NCBI GenBank assembly: GCA_963763115.1
Contig: CAVXNM010000016.1
Location: 1,592-65,591 of the forward strand
DNA from: an uncultured Gammaproteobacteria bacterium
Lineage (GTDB): Bacteria > Pseudomonadota > Gammaproteobacteria > UBA9214
DNA length: 64,000 bases
Reading direction: 5' to 3'
The notes under the pieces were generated by a model. That model worked only from the letters and a program-made list of their open reading frames with translations, ran no database searches and was not told the DNA's origin. Numbering within the stretch: the stretch's first letter is position 1; every line of letters begins with the position of its first letter. Shown here one piece after another: positions 63,536 to 64,000 of this stretch. The position numbers and the translations under genes were made by a program.

Positions 63536-64000
63536 CTACGGTGAACGCAGATAGGGTGCAACCTTGCTCGCCGTTTGTGTGTGGGTAGCAGAGGCGTTGA
63601 TTGATGCGATTTCTCCCGAGCTGATTATCGTAAAGGGATAACTGCGAAAGTCCTCGATGGAATATCCTCCGATCGGAATAGTCGGTGTTCCTACGGTAAT
63701 GGTTGCATCGCTGGTTATGGCAAATCGGGCATCAGCATGATCCACTGAAAAAGTACGTGAGGGGGGTGTGTTACCAGCTGGTGTGTTGACTGCTGCCACA
63801 AGGGCGGTATCGTCTGCCAGCATGCCTTCTATCGCTGTCTCGGCGGCTTGAAACACCAGCATCTGATACTGGCTGTTGCTCGCCATGTTCTTCTCCATAA
63901 CAACTGAGCGCATACCGCTGACCACAATGAGGGCGGCTACCATCAGTATGATGAGCCCTACGAGGAGAACGGCCCCACCCTGGTGTTGATGGCCAGCTAC
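63536..64000 (-). CDS. pilX: Second PilX (5' end beyond window)
   Basis: HQGGAVLLVGLIILMVAALIVVSGM, MEKNMASN, FQAAE. Confidence 0.8.
   Translation of the reverse strand, partial: VAGHQHQGGAVLLVGLIILMVAALIVVSGMRSVVMEKNMASNSQYQMLVFQAAETAIEGMLADDTALVAAVNTPAGNTPPSRTFSVDHADARFAITSDATITVGTPTIPIGGYSIEDFRSYPFTIISSGEIASINASATHTQTASKVAPYLRSP

Overview
Gammaproteobacterial chromosome segment (gene order and products resemble marine Chromatiales/Thiogranum-like genomes; taxonomy is inference) in four zones. (1) 1-29.8 kb: a large surface-glycan locus, mostly on the minus strand. It has Wzm/Wzt, GT2/GT4 glycosyltransferases, three asparagine-synthetase-like proteins, an acyltransferase and an rfbF-SAF oxidoreductase-rfbC-2x epimerase-DUF4910-C-methyltransferase-lhgO sugar module. 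Secreted proteins are interspersed: a discoidin protein, a cadherin-like/SGNH lipoprotein, and a 54-aa Trp-Asp lipoprotein paired with an FGE/C-type-lectin-fold protein. IS debris is also present. (2) 29.9-37.0 kb: an accessory zone downstream of tRNA-Pro(CGG). It holds an IS110 remnant, two integron-like attI+cassette remnants, a SIR2-like gene beside a tRNA-Val 3' fragment, an orphan VPLPA-CTERM tail, a lambda-cos-like motif, and a repeated small-ORF + palindromic-site module. (3) 37.0-49.2 kb: intact housekeeping genes ispB, rplU, rpmA, obgE, proB, rpsT, murJ, ribF, ileS, lspA, fkpB, ispH. (4) 49.4-64 kb: two type IV minor-pilin/PilY1 operons separated by thiO, a Fur/Irr regulator and tRNA-Thr(CGT). 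The first PilY1 carries a ~600-aa insert just before its terminal strand. Many accessory genes are frameshifted as sequenced, which may be long-read indel error. All family calls are from motif recognition; no database searches were run.
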